64,000 nt of DNA. Source: Desulfobacterales bacterium (GTDB lineage Bacteria; Desulfobacterota; Desulfobacteria; Desulfobacterales; UBA5852). The number at the start of each line of letters is the position of its first letter. The first letter of the stretch is position 1. The notes under the pieces are model-generated. The model worked only from the letters and a program-made list of their open reading frames with translations. It was not told the DNA's origin and ran no database searches. Positions 33,575 to 43,335 of this stretch are shown one piece after another. The stretch lies in the NCBI GenBank assembly GCA_963674755.2, contig CAXXVS010000003.1, positions 1-64,000 of the forward strand, read 5' to 3'. The position numbers and the translations under genes are program-made.

Positions 33575-34099
33575 ATGGCCGAGCGGCTCAGGCCGCTGTT
33601 GGGGCGTTTATCCAGGAATCCGGGCAGGAGGCGAGCGCCTTTGCGTGTCTACGACGGCATTTTCGAATGGGAGGGATGGGGCGGTCAGCTCAAGCTCGCC
33701 AAGGGACGCTGTCGCTTGTGGATTTTCGATCTCAACCGCTCCGGCGAAAAAGAGGTGCTGCATCTGCGGCCCATGGTGGTGGTGGCCTCCGACCTGCCCC
33801 GGGAGGGGATGATGAAGGGCGAAGTGTCCGTGCGCAGCGCCGCCGGCCATATCGCCACCGTGGTCAGTCGGAAATTCCGCATCGATCCCCCGCGCATGCA
33901 GTTCGTCGAATACACCCCCCGGGAAACCTACGGCAGAAACAACGAATATGTCATCCAGGCCGGCTATGATGCCGTGGAGTTCACCTGGCAGGATGGCCTG
34001 GCGCTTTTTCCACGGATCAAGCCCCTCGAACCGGCCCTGACCGCTCTCCTCAAAAAATGGGTGGAAGACGCAGACTTTTCAAATAGCCGCCCGGCATGA
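33575..34099 (+). CDS. Hypothetical protein, 174 aa
   Basis: Clean ORF 22 bp after the VWA gene; no family recognised. Confidence 0.7.
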   Translation: MAERLRPLLGRLSRNPGRRRAPLRVYDGIFEWEGWGGQLKLAKGRCRLWIFDLNRSGEKEVLHLRPMVVVASDLPREGMMKGEVSVRSAAGHIATVVSRKFRIDPPRMQFVEYTPRETYGRNNEYVIQAGYDAVEFTWQDGLALFPRIKPLEPALTALLKKWVEDADFSNSRPA

Positions 34100-34153
34100 C
34101 CACCCGGCCCAGCAGGCCGGCAAGGTGGCGTTAATCGTGTCCCTCCAGAGGTG

Positions 34154-34290
34154 GTCGACTTTGGTTCCGGCCAGGGCCGCAGCGATTGGGAAACCGACGG
34201 CGCAGCCGTATGGGCGATAGCGTTGCGTAGCCCGGCTACGGCAAGAATTCCCCAAGTACAAGAACATCGGCTTGTCCGCCAATGGTCGAT
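34154..34290. repeat. Nested imperfect palindrome (REP/MITE-like)
   Basis: gtcgactttgg/ccaatggtcgat enclosing ttgggaa/ttccccaa enclosing gccgta/tacggc; single copy in window. Confidence 0.45.
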
Positions 34291-34341
34291 TTATCCAACG
34301 GCGACGGGAACGGGCCAAAAAATGCCGCCTCTGAACGGATG

Positions 34342-34632
34342 TTAAATGAGACTTTGGGCTTCCCAGGCGAAAAGGCGCAGGGCCTGGCGGCCCATCTGCA
34401 GGTAAACGGCTTCCAGGGCCTCACGCACGCGGCGCTCGCCCTCTTCCGGAACCATCATCATGAGGGCACAATTGAAACCCGGCCATACGGCATCGCCCAG
34501 GCGGGCCGGAGAGCGCTCTCCCCGGCCCAGGCAGCGTTCCCATTTGGTCCAGGCCTCGGCCCCACAGGCCGCGAGCGCCTCCATAACATCGTCGTCGAAC
34601 GTTACGTCATAGACTAAGAGCAGCATCTTCAT
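34342..34632 (-). CDS. Small PII-like transporter-associated protein (PG0541-like)
   Basis: 96 aa, GRGERSPARLGDAVWPGFN; 4-bp overlap with RND stop. Confidence 0.72.
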   Translation of the reverse strand: MKMLLLVYDVTFDDDVMEALAACGAEAWTKWERCLGRGERSPARLGDAVWPGFNCALMMMVPEEGERRVREALEAVYLQMGRQALRLFAWEAQSLI

Positions 34633-37600
34633 GACGCGCCTCCTTTTCTGCCCATCTTCCGTCGCTCCAATAGGTAGTAGAGCGTCGGGATCAACAGGAG
34701 GGTCACCAGGGTTGAAACCGACAATCCGCCCAAAAGGGTGATCCCCAGGGGATTCCAGGCCTCGGCCCCCACCCGGTCCGATAGGGCCATGGGCAACATG
34801 CCGAAAAAGGTGGTTAAAGTGGTCATCAGAACCGGACGCAGCCGGTGGGCGCCGGCCTGGGTGATGGCCTCCCTGAGCGCCAGACCCCGTTTTTGCATCA
34901 GCAGCATGTAGTCCAGCAGCACGATGGCGTTGTTGACCACGATGCCCATCAGCATGATGATGCCCATGAACGACATGATCCCCAGGGTCGTCCCGGTGAA
35001 ATAAAAGGCGTAGATGACGCCGGTAAACGCGAAGGGTACGGCGAACATGATGATCAAGGGATCCCGCAGATTGCCGAAGAGGGCTGCCATCAGCATGTAG
35101 ACCAGACAGACCCCGAGCACCAGCAGCAGCGTCATGTCATGGAAGGCTTTCCGCTGCTCTTCCACGTCGCCGCCCAGCACGACGCTCACCCCGGGCGGAT
35201 GGTCCAGGGTCGCCAGGATGCCGCGCACATCGGCGGTGATCTCGCCCAGGGAGCGCCGGTAGAGATCCCCCTCCACGCGCACGATGGTCTGGCGGTTTTT
35301 ACGTTCGATTTCGATGGGCCCGGAACCGCGTACGATATCGGCCACGCTCTTGAGCCGCACCATACGCCCGTCCGGGGTGAACAGGGGCATGTCCGCCAGG
35401 CCGTCGAGATCATCCTTGTCGGCCGTCTTGAGGCGTGTAAAAATGTCGAAATGATAGCCTTCCTCCCGAAACCGGGAAGCCTCGAAGCCATAGTAATAGT
35501 TGCGCAGGGTGCCGCCGATCATGGCCGCATTCAACCCTAGAGCGCTGGCCCGATCGCGGTCCACATCCACCCATATCTCAGGCCGGGGCGCCTTCTGGCT
35601 CACCTCCAGATCCACCAGCCCCGGGATCGCCGCCATGGCCTCGTGCAGACGCTCGGCATAAGCCAGGATGGCGTCCAGGTCCGTCCCCTGAATTTCCACG
35701 GACACGGGTTTCCCCGTGGCCCCGGAAAGGGCGGCCATGACCAGATTCTGGGCCGTCACCTTGATTTTATCGATCCCCGCTACACGGGATACCCGTTCCC
35801 GCAGGGCGGCGGCGATCTCTTTGGCGGAGCGCTCCCGCTGGTCGCGGTCCACCAATTTGAACCCGATGGTACCCACATTGGGCCCTTCCTCAAATCCCAG
35901 GGCCACGGTCAGACCTTCTTCGCTTTCGCCGTCGATGGCGTATGAGTGACGCATTTCCTCCGGTCGAACCACTTCGTCGATGTCATTCAGGATGGTGCGG
36001 ATCACCTTGTTCGTTTCTTCGATCCGCAGGCCTTCCGTAAGACGAAATTTCAGTTCCACGGCCCCCGAATCCATTTCCGGGAAAAATGAGGTGGACAAAC
36101 GGGGAATCAGCGAAAGGCTGCTCACAAAAACGACCCCGGCCAGCAGGACCACCAGATAGGGGTGCCCCAGGGCCCATACGAGGAGCCGGCGATAAATCTG
36201 CTCCAGCGCTTCGAAACCTTTTTCGGAAACAGCGTAGAGCCGCCCGATGGCGCTTTGGCGAAGACGCAGCTGGGTCGGGCTGGTGGTCATCCAGCGGGAA
36301 CACAACATGGGGGTCAGCATCAGGGCCGTCAGCAGCGAAGCCATCAGGGTCACCACCAGCACGAAGCCCAGTTGTTTAAAAATGATCCCGGCCAAACCCG
36401 TCAAAAACATAAGGGGCACGAAAATAACCACCGTGGTCAGGGTCGAGGCCGTGATGGCCAGCCCCATTTCCCGCGCGCCGAAGACCGCCGCGGAATCGAT
36501 TCGGCGGCCGTTTTCCACATGGCGGGTAATATTCTCCAGCACCACAATGCCGTTATCCACCACCATGCCCGTGGCAATGGCCAGCGCCATCAGGGAGACC
36601 AGGTTGATGGTGTAGCCGGCCAGGTAAATCAGGATAAAGGCAATGATGAGGGAGGCCGGGATCGTCAGAACGACGATGATCGCCGTTCGCAAACGGCGCA
36701 AAAAGACCAGGGCCACCAAGGAAACCAGCACGATACCCCAAAAGAGGGTACCGCGCAGATTGGCCAGTGAGCTGAGAATATCCTGGGAGGTATCCATGAC
36801 CGTCTGGATCTCGACATCCGCCGGCAGTTCCGTCTGCAGGCGTGCCAGGTGCGTCTGAACGGCCTGGGCCACCTCCACCGTATTCTTGTCGGACTGCTTC
36901 TGTAAAATCAGCACCACGGCCGGCTTGCCGTCTCCCCACCCGTTGTGATCCTGGGGCTTGAAATCGTCCACCACCCGGGCAACATCCTTGAGATAGACCG
37001 GCCGTCCCGCCTGCATGCCCACAACGGTCTGACCCATCTCTTCGGCCGTCCGATAGCGGGCCGGAATGCGGACGAAATAATCCATGGCCCCGGACTTGAT
37101 GCGTCCGCCGGGAATATTCCGGTTCTCGGCCGCCAGCACCGCGTTGATCCTGGCCAGAGACAGGTGATAGCCCTCGATCCGCTCCCGATCGAAATAGACG
37201 TTGAAGCGCCGCCGGGCCCCGCCCTGGATGAGTATCGCCCCCACCCCGGGCACGCGCTTCAGGTCATCGGCAATCTGCTTGTCGGCGATATGGTACAGCC
37301 GCGGCCAGCTGGTTTCGGCCGTCACCGTCATAAACAGGATCGGTGCCACCGAACTGCTGAATTTGAACAGCACCGGTTCCTCGGCATCATCCGGCAGCTC
37401 CCGTTTGACAAGTCCGATGGCGCTGCGCAGATCGTTGCTGGCCACGTCCAGATCCGTCCCCCAGTCGAAGCGGCAGGACACGATGGACATGTTGTCCAGG
37501 GATTTGGAGGTCAGCTTGTCCAGATTGCTGACGCCGTTGACGTAGTCTTCGATGGCCTCGGTCACCTCGGTCTGCACATCCGAGGCGCTGGCGCCCGGCC

Positions 37601-37751
37601 AGGCCGTGATGATGGACACCACCGGCGGTTCGATGTCCGGCATCATGTCCACATTGAGTTGCAGGAGCGCAAAGGTACCCAGCAGGGTAAAGGCCAGGAA
37701 AAGCATCAGGGTCGCGATGGGCTGTTTGACCGAGAAGGCGCTCAGATTCAT
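34629..37751 (-). CDS. RND efflux permease (AcrB family)
   Basis: 1040 aa, GMVVDNGIVVLEN, GIVVNNAIVLLD, RLRPVLMT. Confidence 0.95.
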   Translation of the reverse strand: MNLSAFSVKQPIATLMLFLAFTLLGTFALLQLNVDMMPDIEPPVVSIITAWPGASASDVQTEVTEAIEDYVNGVSNLDKLTSKSLDNMSIVSCRFDWGTDLDVASNDLRSAIGLVKRELPDDAEEPVLFKFSSSVAPILFMTVTAETSWPRLYHIADKQIADDLKRVPGVGAILIQGGARRRFNVYFDRERIEGYHLSLARINAVLAAENRNIPGGRIKSGAMDYFVRIPARYRTAEEMGQTVVGMQAGRPVYLKDVARVVDDFKPQDHNGWGDGKPAVVLILQKQSDKNTVEVAQAVQTHLARLQTELPADVEIQTVMDTSQDILSSLANLRGTLFWGIVLVSLVALVFLRRLRTAIIVVLTIPASLIIAFILIYLAGYTINLVSLMALAIATGMVVDNGIVVLENITRHVENGRRIDSAAVFGAREMGLAITASTLTTVVIFVPLMFLTGLAGIIFKQLGFVLVVTLMASLLTALMLTPMLCSRWMTTSPTQLRLRQSAIGRLYAVSEKGFEALEQIYRRLLVWALGHPYLVVLLAGVVFVSSLSLIPRLSTSFFPEMDSGAVELKFRLTEGLRIEETNKVIRTILNDIDEVVRPEEMRHSYAIDGESEEGLTVALGFEEGPNVGTIGFKLVDRDQRERSAKEIAAALRERVSRVAGIDKIKVTAQNLVMAALSGATGKPVSVEIQGTDLDAILAYAERLHEAMAAIPGLVDLEVSQKAPRPEIWVDVDRDRASALGLNAAMIGGTLRNYYYGFEASRFREEGYHFDIFTRLKTADKDDLDGLADMPLFTPDGRMVRLKSVADIVRGSGPIEIERKNRQTIVRVEGDLYRRSLGEITADVRGILATLDHPPGVSVVLGGDVEEQRKAFHDMTLLLVLGVCLVYMLMAALFGNLRDPLIIMFAVPFAFTGVIYAFYFTGTTLGIMSFMGIIMLMGIVVNNAIVLLDYMLLMQKRGLALREAITQAGAHRLRPVLMTTLTTFFGMLPMALSDRVGAEAWNPLGITLLGGLSVSTLVTLLLIPTLYYLLERRKMGRKGGAS

Positions 37752-38944
37752 GACGGCTCCCCCGTCGCCGAAGCGGCGCTGTCCGGTGCCGCCAGTGTCA
37801 CCGGGCGCCCCTCCCGCAAGCGATTTTGGCCCCTGACAACCACCACTTCTCCGGCGGCCAGACCGCTTTCGATCGCCACGGTGTCGCCCTGATGCATGCC
37901 CGTGACCACGTTACGCACATGGGCGGTCTCATCCGCCACCACATAGACATAAGGCTGCCCGGTTCCGGGCAAACGTTGAATCGCATCGGCCGGCACGATC
38001 AGGGCGTCGCGGGCCCCAAGCATCAGGCGGACGTTGGCGAACATCCCGCCCGCCAGGCGCCGCTCGGGATTGGGCACATGGATTTCCACCCGGGCGGTAC
38101 GCGTGGCCGGATCGACGAGTGGGCTCACCAGCGCAACCCGGCCCTGGAAGATCTCCCCGGGATGGGCATCCACTTGCACCTCCGCGACCATGCCCTTTTG
38201 GACGGCGGGCCAATCCTTCTCGGTCACCGTCGTAACGACCTTAACAGTGCGATCGTCCACCAGGCTAAAAAGCGGAACGCCCGGGGCGGTCATATTGCCA
38301 ACGTCCAGATAGCGTTGGGCCACGATACCGTCGATGGAAGCCCGCAGGGTATGGTGGGTGCTCAGAACGGTCAACTGGCGGATCACGGCCCGGGACTTTT
38401 CGATCTGGGCCTGGGCCACGGCCCGCTGCTCCACGGCGGCATTGTACTGGGCCTGGATATGATCGACTTTCTGGCGAGCGACGGCCCGCTCCCGCAGCAG
38501 GTTTTCCAAGCGCGTGCGGTCCTTTGCGAGCGCCTCCAGGTTCGCTTCCACCTGCCCCAGATTGGCTTCGGCCGCCGTCAGTCCGGCGCGGGCTTCCGCC
38601 AGCTGCGCATCGATCAAGTCCCGCTCCAGAATGGCGACGGGATCACCTTGGCGAACCGCATCGCCCTGTTCCACCAGGATCTGCTCGATGATCTTGCCGG
38701 GCACCTTGCTGAAGATGTTGACCATGCCCCAAGGCTGCACATCGCCGGTTTGCTCCAGGACATAACTCAGGGAATGCATGGCGGCCGGAGCCACGGTCAC
38801 CGGCACCCGTTCTTCCGCCGGCGTGGTTTCGGCATCGGGTCCACGGGGGATCAGGTTGTAAATCGTAAATCCGGCCGTTAGCAGGATGGCCACCAGGATA
38901 ATGGCAACCCCCGGTGACAAGGATCGCAAGTATGAGGGCTTCAT
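37748..38944 (-). CDS. RND periplasmic adaptor (membrane fusion protein)
   Basis: N-terminal TM, VEQGDAVRQG, alpha-hairpin, VDPATRT. Confidence 0.92.
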   Translation of the reverse strand: MKPSYLRSLSPGVAIILVAILLTAGFTIYNLIPRGPDAETTPAEERVPVTVAPAAMHSLSYVLEQTGDVQPWGMVNIFSKVPGKIIEQILVEQGDAVRQGDPVAILERDLIDAQLAEARAGLTAAEANLGQVEANLEALAKDRTRLENLLRERAVARQKVDHIQAQYNAAVEQRAVAQAQIEKSRAVIRQLTVLSTHHTLRASIDGIVAQRYLDVGNMTAPGVPLFSLVDDRTVKVVTTVTEKDWPAVQKGMVAEVQVDAHPGEIFQGRVALVSPLVDPATRTARVEIHVPNPERRLAGGMFANVRLMLGARDALIVPADAIQRLPGTGQPYVYVVADETAHVRNVVTGMHQGDTVAIESGLAAGEVVVVRGQNRLREGRPVTLAAPDSAASATGEPS

Positions 38945-39001
38945 AGCGCTTTTTTCCACCTCGTTTGGCTCTTAATGGGTTCCATCGCCGAATCCCTCCC
39001 G

Positions 39002-40450
39002 TTAACGGGCGTCGGACGGATAAGGCAAGCTTGTCGGATCGGTCGCGTCCTGAAGGCTCTCGGCGGCCACCATTCCCTCCGGTAGACGCCCCACCGCCCG
39101 CTCCAGGTCGGCCGCGGCCCGCTGGCAGCCATAAAGGGCCTGATAGTAATTGGCCTCGGAGCGGGTAAAAAATACCGTGGCATCGAGAACGTCCGTTGTA
39201 TCGCCGATATGCTGATCGAAGCGCATCCGGTTGATGCGCAGGTTTTCCCGGGCCTGTCCCAGCGCCTTTTCGGCTGTAGCGATATTGGTGCGGGTAACTT
39301 CCAAATTGGTATAGGCGTGTTTCACCTCCAGACCGACGCCCTGCGCCACCACGCGGATTTTGTCCTCCAGGGCCTTGCGCTGGTGCTTGAGCCGGGCGGT
39401 TTCGGCCCGGGTCTTGCCCCATTCGAAAAAGGTCCATTTGGCCTGCACAGCCACGGCCGCGTTGTGCGTATTGGCATAGTCGTTTTCGGTGGCGGCCAGG
39501 TTGTTGCCGTCCTGGTAGTATTCGCCCACCAGGGAAACCTTGGGATAATAGGCGCTCGCCGCCAGACGAACCCCTTCTCCGACGCGCTCGGCCTCCAGCC
39601 CCAGGACACGCAGTTCAGGGCGTGCCTCCCGGGCTTCCGCCAGCAAATCGCTGAGGGCGGGGAAAGCTGCGGGCACGGCGGTCACCTCCTGCACGGTCAC
39701 CTTCCGGTTGACGTCCCAGTCCAGGAGGATGCTGAGAGTCGCTACCGCCATATCGGCGCGTGCCCGAGCTTCAACGCGACGCTGAACCGCAGCCGCCAGG
39801 GCCACTTCCGCCTCCAGCAGGTCATTGTAGGGAATCAGGCCCTCTTCGTAGTAGCGCCGGCCGTTGGCGGCGTGGGCCGTCAGGCTTTTCTCCGCATCTT
39901 CCAGCACGGCCAGCATCTTCTCGCTGAGCAGCACATCCAGACAGGCGCCCTTGACATTGCGAACCACATCATGCACCGCCAGCTCATGCTCTACGCTCTT
40001 GATACGGATCCCGAGCTCCGCCATCCGGTAACGGCTGGTAAGGGCGAAACCGGTAAAAAGGGGTTGGGTCAGCCGTGCGCTCCAATGGATCTGCTGACGA
40101 TCGGCCACCTGCATTTCCCGGGTTTCGGTGCCGGTAATCACACCCCCCAGGCCCGGCACGACAGTGACCGCAGGGGAATCCACCACCAGATAAGGCGCGT
40201 CGTCCAGGGCCAGGTAGCCATATTCCAGGCTGGCTTTGGGCAAAAAATCGGCCCGGGCGCTGTTTTTCGCCTCCACCGCCGCCCGGGCATTTTCCTCCGC
40301 TTCCTGAATCAGGCGATTATTCTGCAACGCGATGGCGACCGCTTCATCCATGGTCAGCTCCGGCGGCGCTTCGGCCATGGCCGGCAGGGTGTGGGCCCCA
40401 ACCAGCGACACCAATAAAACGGCGTGTAGCCAGCGTTTAAGCATCCTCAT
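39002..40450 (-). CDS. TolC-family outer membrane channel
   Basis: Signal peptide, LTMDEAVAIALQNN, two OEP repeats (FLPK, YYPK). Confidence 0.92.
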   Translation of the reverse strand: MRMLKRWLHAVLLVSLVGAHTLPAMAEAPPELTMDEAVAIALQNNRLIQEAEENARAAVEAKNSARADFLPKASLEYGYLALDDAPYLVVDSPAVTVVPGLGGVITGTETREMQVADRQQIHWSARLTQPLFTGFALTSRYRMAELGIRIKSVEHELAVHDVVRNVKGACLDVLLSEKMLAVLEDAEKSLTAHAANGRRYYEEGLIPYNDLLEAEVALAAAVQRRVEARARADMAVATLSILLDWDVNRKVTVQEVTAVPAAFPALSDLLAEAREARPELRVLGLEAERVGEGVRLAASAYYPKVSLVGEYYQDGNNLAATENDYANTHNAAVAVQAKWTFFEWGKTRAETARLKHQRKALEDKIRVVAQGVGLEVKHAYTNLEVTRTNIATAEKALGQARENLRINRMRFDQHIGDTTDVLDATVFFTRSEANYYQALYGCQRAAADLERAVGRLPEGMVAAESLQDATDPTSLPYPSDAR

Positions 40451-41069
40451 CCCTTTCTTTGAGCAATGCGCCGTTGAAAAACAAATCTAAAATCGGATCT
40501 GGTTCAACAATGCTAATGGCGGGATTTTCAAGCCCTTCCAACAAAAATGCGTCGATCATTCCGTCCAGGGCAAGCATCATGTAAAGGGGGTTTGTCCGTC
40601 GAAAAATACCCTTGCGCATCCCCCTTTCAAAAACACCGGCAACCTTGTCCGTCATGCCGCGGATCTTGGTCTTCATCTCCTGCTCCATCCCTGCCCGCAG
40701 GCTGAAGCTGGCGCTTTTGGCTTCCGACAGGTAGAGGCGCACATAGTCCAGATTCCGGTTGAAGATGCCGACATGGGCCTTGACGGATTCCCGGATGATG
40801 CTGATCTCATCCCCCGTCCAGTCCACCGCCGAATCCCATTCCTGCAAATATTCATCCAGCTTTTCGGTCATCAAAGCCCGGTAGAGGGCTTCCTTGTTCG
40901 AAAAGAACTTGTAGAGGGTTCCCACGGCGAATTCCGCTTGGACGGCAATCTCGTTCATGGTGACATTGTGGTACCCGTTGGTCGAAAAAAGCCTGAGAGC
41001 CGCTTCCAGGATTTCCCTGCGACGACGGCGATATTCGCGTTCTTTGCGTCCCGGCGCCTTGGTTTCCAT
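40437..41069 (-). CDS. TetR/AcrR-family regulator
   Basis: ILEAALRLF...TMNEIA...VGTLYKFFSNKE helix-turn-helix. Confidence 0.93.
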   Translation of the reverse strand: METKAPGRKEREYRRRRREILEAALRLFSTNGYHNVTMNEIAVQAEFAVGTLYKFFSNKEALYRALMTEKLDEYLQEWDSAVDWTGDEISIIRESVKAHVGIFNRNLDYVRLYLSEAKSASFSLRAGMEQEMKTKIRGMTDKVAGVFERGMRKGIFRRTNPLYMMLALDGMIDAFLLEGLENPAISIVEPDPILDLFFNGALLKERDEDA

Positions 41070-41108
41070 GAATTTTCCTTCCATAACATGACAATAAATT
41101 ACTTAATG

Positions 41109-41150
41109 TGAATATTAATTCTATTAAGTGAACTTATATTCATATGTCAA
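41109..41150 (-). promoter_or_regulatory. Sigma70-like promoter with two putative TetR boxes
   Basis: Minus-strand TTGACA (41145-41150); TGAA-N6-TTCw boxes at 41109-41122 and 41129-41142. Confidence 0.55.
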
Positions 41151-41488
41151 ACTTATTCTGAAACGCCGTTTGTATCGCCGAGCATGCCGCGCCAGCTTGA
41201 TCTGCCGGTTCACTGCCTTGACGGACGGCGGGGAGCAAATATATTATAATTTACAGGATATAATAGAAGGTGGACGCATCACCGGCCCGGGAACGATGCG
41301 CTTTTTGCCGCTAAGCACCCACGAAAACGCCAAGCCCCTCCGCGCGGCATGTTATCCAAATGATCTGATCAATGGACGCGCCGCGGAACCTGCCCTTCTC
41401 GCTCATGCTTCGAGCTGATTTTAACGCCCGTCCCCTTCCAACCACCATTTGGTCCTCAAACTTGCAGGCATCACGAAAGGAGGGGCCC

Positions 41489-42226
41489 ATGCGAACACCA
41501 GCCCGTTCCATCGAACAAATGATCGAAGAGCAGGTGCGCAAATGGCAGTTTGCCATCAGCAAACCCAAGACGGAAAAACCTTTCAGGCCCATCGTGACCA
41601 TTTCCCGTGAACCGGGCAGCGGTGGGAACATATTGGGCGAGCGACTTGCCAGGCGTCTTTCCGTGGAACTCTTCCATCAGGAGGTGATCCACGCCATGGC
41701 CAAAAGCGCCAAAGTCAGCGACCAGCTGCTGGAAACACTGGACGAAAAGGGATTGTCCGTATTGGAAGACTGGATGGCCTATCTGGTGGATTTCCGCCAC
41801 ATGTGGCCGGATCAGTATCTCAAGCATCTGATGAAGGTTATCGGCGCCATCGGACGCCATGGCGGAGCCATTCTGATCGGCCGCGGCGCCAATTTCATTC
41901 TACCCCCCGAACGGCGCTTCAGCGTCCGGGTGATCGCGCCTTTTGAAGTGCGGGTGGCCAATGTGGTCCGCAATCATCAGGTGTCCGAGGCCGAGGCCCG
42001 TAAACGGATCACGAAAACCGATTCCCAGCGTCGGGCCTTTATTCGCAAATATTTCAACACCAGCGTGGCCGATCCCCTGAACTACGATATGATCGTCAAC
42101 ACCGGCTGTGTCTCCATCGACGGCGCCGTGGAAGCCATCGCTGCCCTCCTGGGGATGGCCAAAGACGCTAAACGCGTGGCCAAGGCCGCTCGGCAGCCTG
42201 CCGGGGTAACGAGCGTGGCGAGATAA
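41489..42226 (+). CDS. Cytidylate kinase-like family protein
   Basis: VTISREPGSGG, IGRGANFIL, DSQRRAF, YDMIVNT; RBS aggagg. Confidence 0.85.
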   Translation: MRTPARSIEQMIEEQVRKWQFAISKPKTEKPFRPIVTISREPGSGGNILGERLARRLSVELFHQEVIHAMAKSAKVSDQLLETLDEKGLSVLEDWMAYLVDFRHMWPDQYLKHLMKVIGAIGRHGGAILIGRGANFILPPERRFSVRVIAPFEVRVANVVRNHQVSEAEARKRITKTDSQRRAFIRKYFNTSVADPLNYDMIVNTGCVSIDGAVEAIAALLGMAKDAKRVAKAARQPAGVTSVAR

Positions 42227-42259
42227 ATGGTGGGATAAGAAGGGATTAAGGATCGAAGG

Positions 42260-42739
42260 TCAATTCGTCCGGCCACTCCCGTAAATGGTCGTCGGAGACA
42301 TCCTTGCGGCAGGCATCGACCACGTAGCGGTCGTCATGAAATCGGCGGGGGATTGGAGTCCTGCACCGGGCGCCGCCACGATGCCGAACATGCGAAAATC
42401 GGGGTGGGTGTGAAAAACCGTGGTGACGATCCTGAGGTCCTGGCCCGCGCGGATCAGGAGGAGCGTGTTCAGGATGTCGCTGAAATAGCCGTCCAGCTGG
42501 CCGGCTTGCAGGGCGGCATCCCGCTCCAGGGCGCGCTGGAAGGTTACCAGCTCAACGGTCAGGCCTGCCTTCGCAAACAGCCCCTCGGTCTCGCCCACTA
42601 GAAGCGGCAGGGTGTCCACCACAGGCAGAATCCCCAGCTTCAATGGTTCCTGAGCCCGGGCCGGAAGCGCCCCGATAGAAAGAATCGTGACCAGCACGCC
42701 AAACATGCCGCACCACAAGCGGCCATGTTTACGCTTCAT
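42260..42739 (-). pseudogene. Truncated ABC substrate-binding protein (SsuA/THI5/NlpA-like)
   Basis: Signal peptide, LKLGILPVVDTLPL, ERDAALQAGQLDG; resemblance stops near SPADF (~130 aa); no permease or ATPase follows. Confidence 0.7.
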
Positions 42740-42875
42740 CAGACCTCCGGAGATGACATCGCTTCAGGTTCGGCGGCATCGTGTCCAGCTGGGGGACAGA
42801 TTCACCCCCGCCGGGACACAGCCGATGGGGCAGGGTAAGGAAAGGCGTCCGGGAAGTCAATTAAATTGATTATTA

Positions 42876-43169
42876 TCAATGCCTTGAAACGTCTGACGGG
42901 GATGATGAACCACCCGTTTCCGACCCCCAAAAGCCGAAACGGCGCAGGTTGCGCCGGATCGCGTCCCACTGCATATATAGGTGGACGCCCAGAAAGGTCA
43001 CAAAGCCCAGGGCAGCCGCCTCATGGATCCAGCGCATGAAGTGGCGCAGGGATCGCAATGTCGGACCGGCCGGCAGCAGCCAGTTGATCAGGCCGGTGAC
43101 GGCCAGCACCGCGATCGTCAGCATCAATAAAACCTGGGCCCGCCAGCGGGCGTGTCGTGAAATTGCCAT
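42876..43169 (-). CDS. Small 2-TM protein (DUF4405-like)
   Basis: TGL...WIHE...HLYMQW with membrane His residues. Confidence 0.65.
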   Translation of the reverse strand: MAISRHARWRAQVLLMLTIAVLAVTGLINWLLPAGPTLRSLRHFMRWIHEAAALGFVTFLGVHLYMQWDAIRRNLRRFGFWGSETGGSSSPSDVSRH

Positions 43170-43335
43170 CGAAGGATTTCTCCATGGGGGACGATCATCA
43201 GTTGTCTACCGGCCGGACGATTGCAGGGTCACACGCGGCTGTCCGGCCGGCGTTTCCCGGGTCACCGTATAAAAGCGGCGCTCGATCTGCGGAATGCCCC
43301 CTTCTATCCGTATTGAAGGCCGGCCGCTGCCCGGT

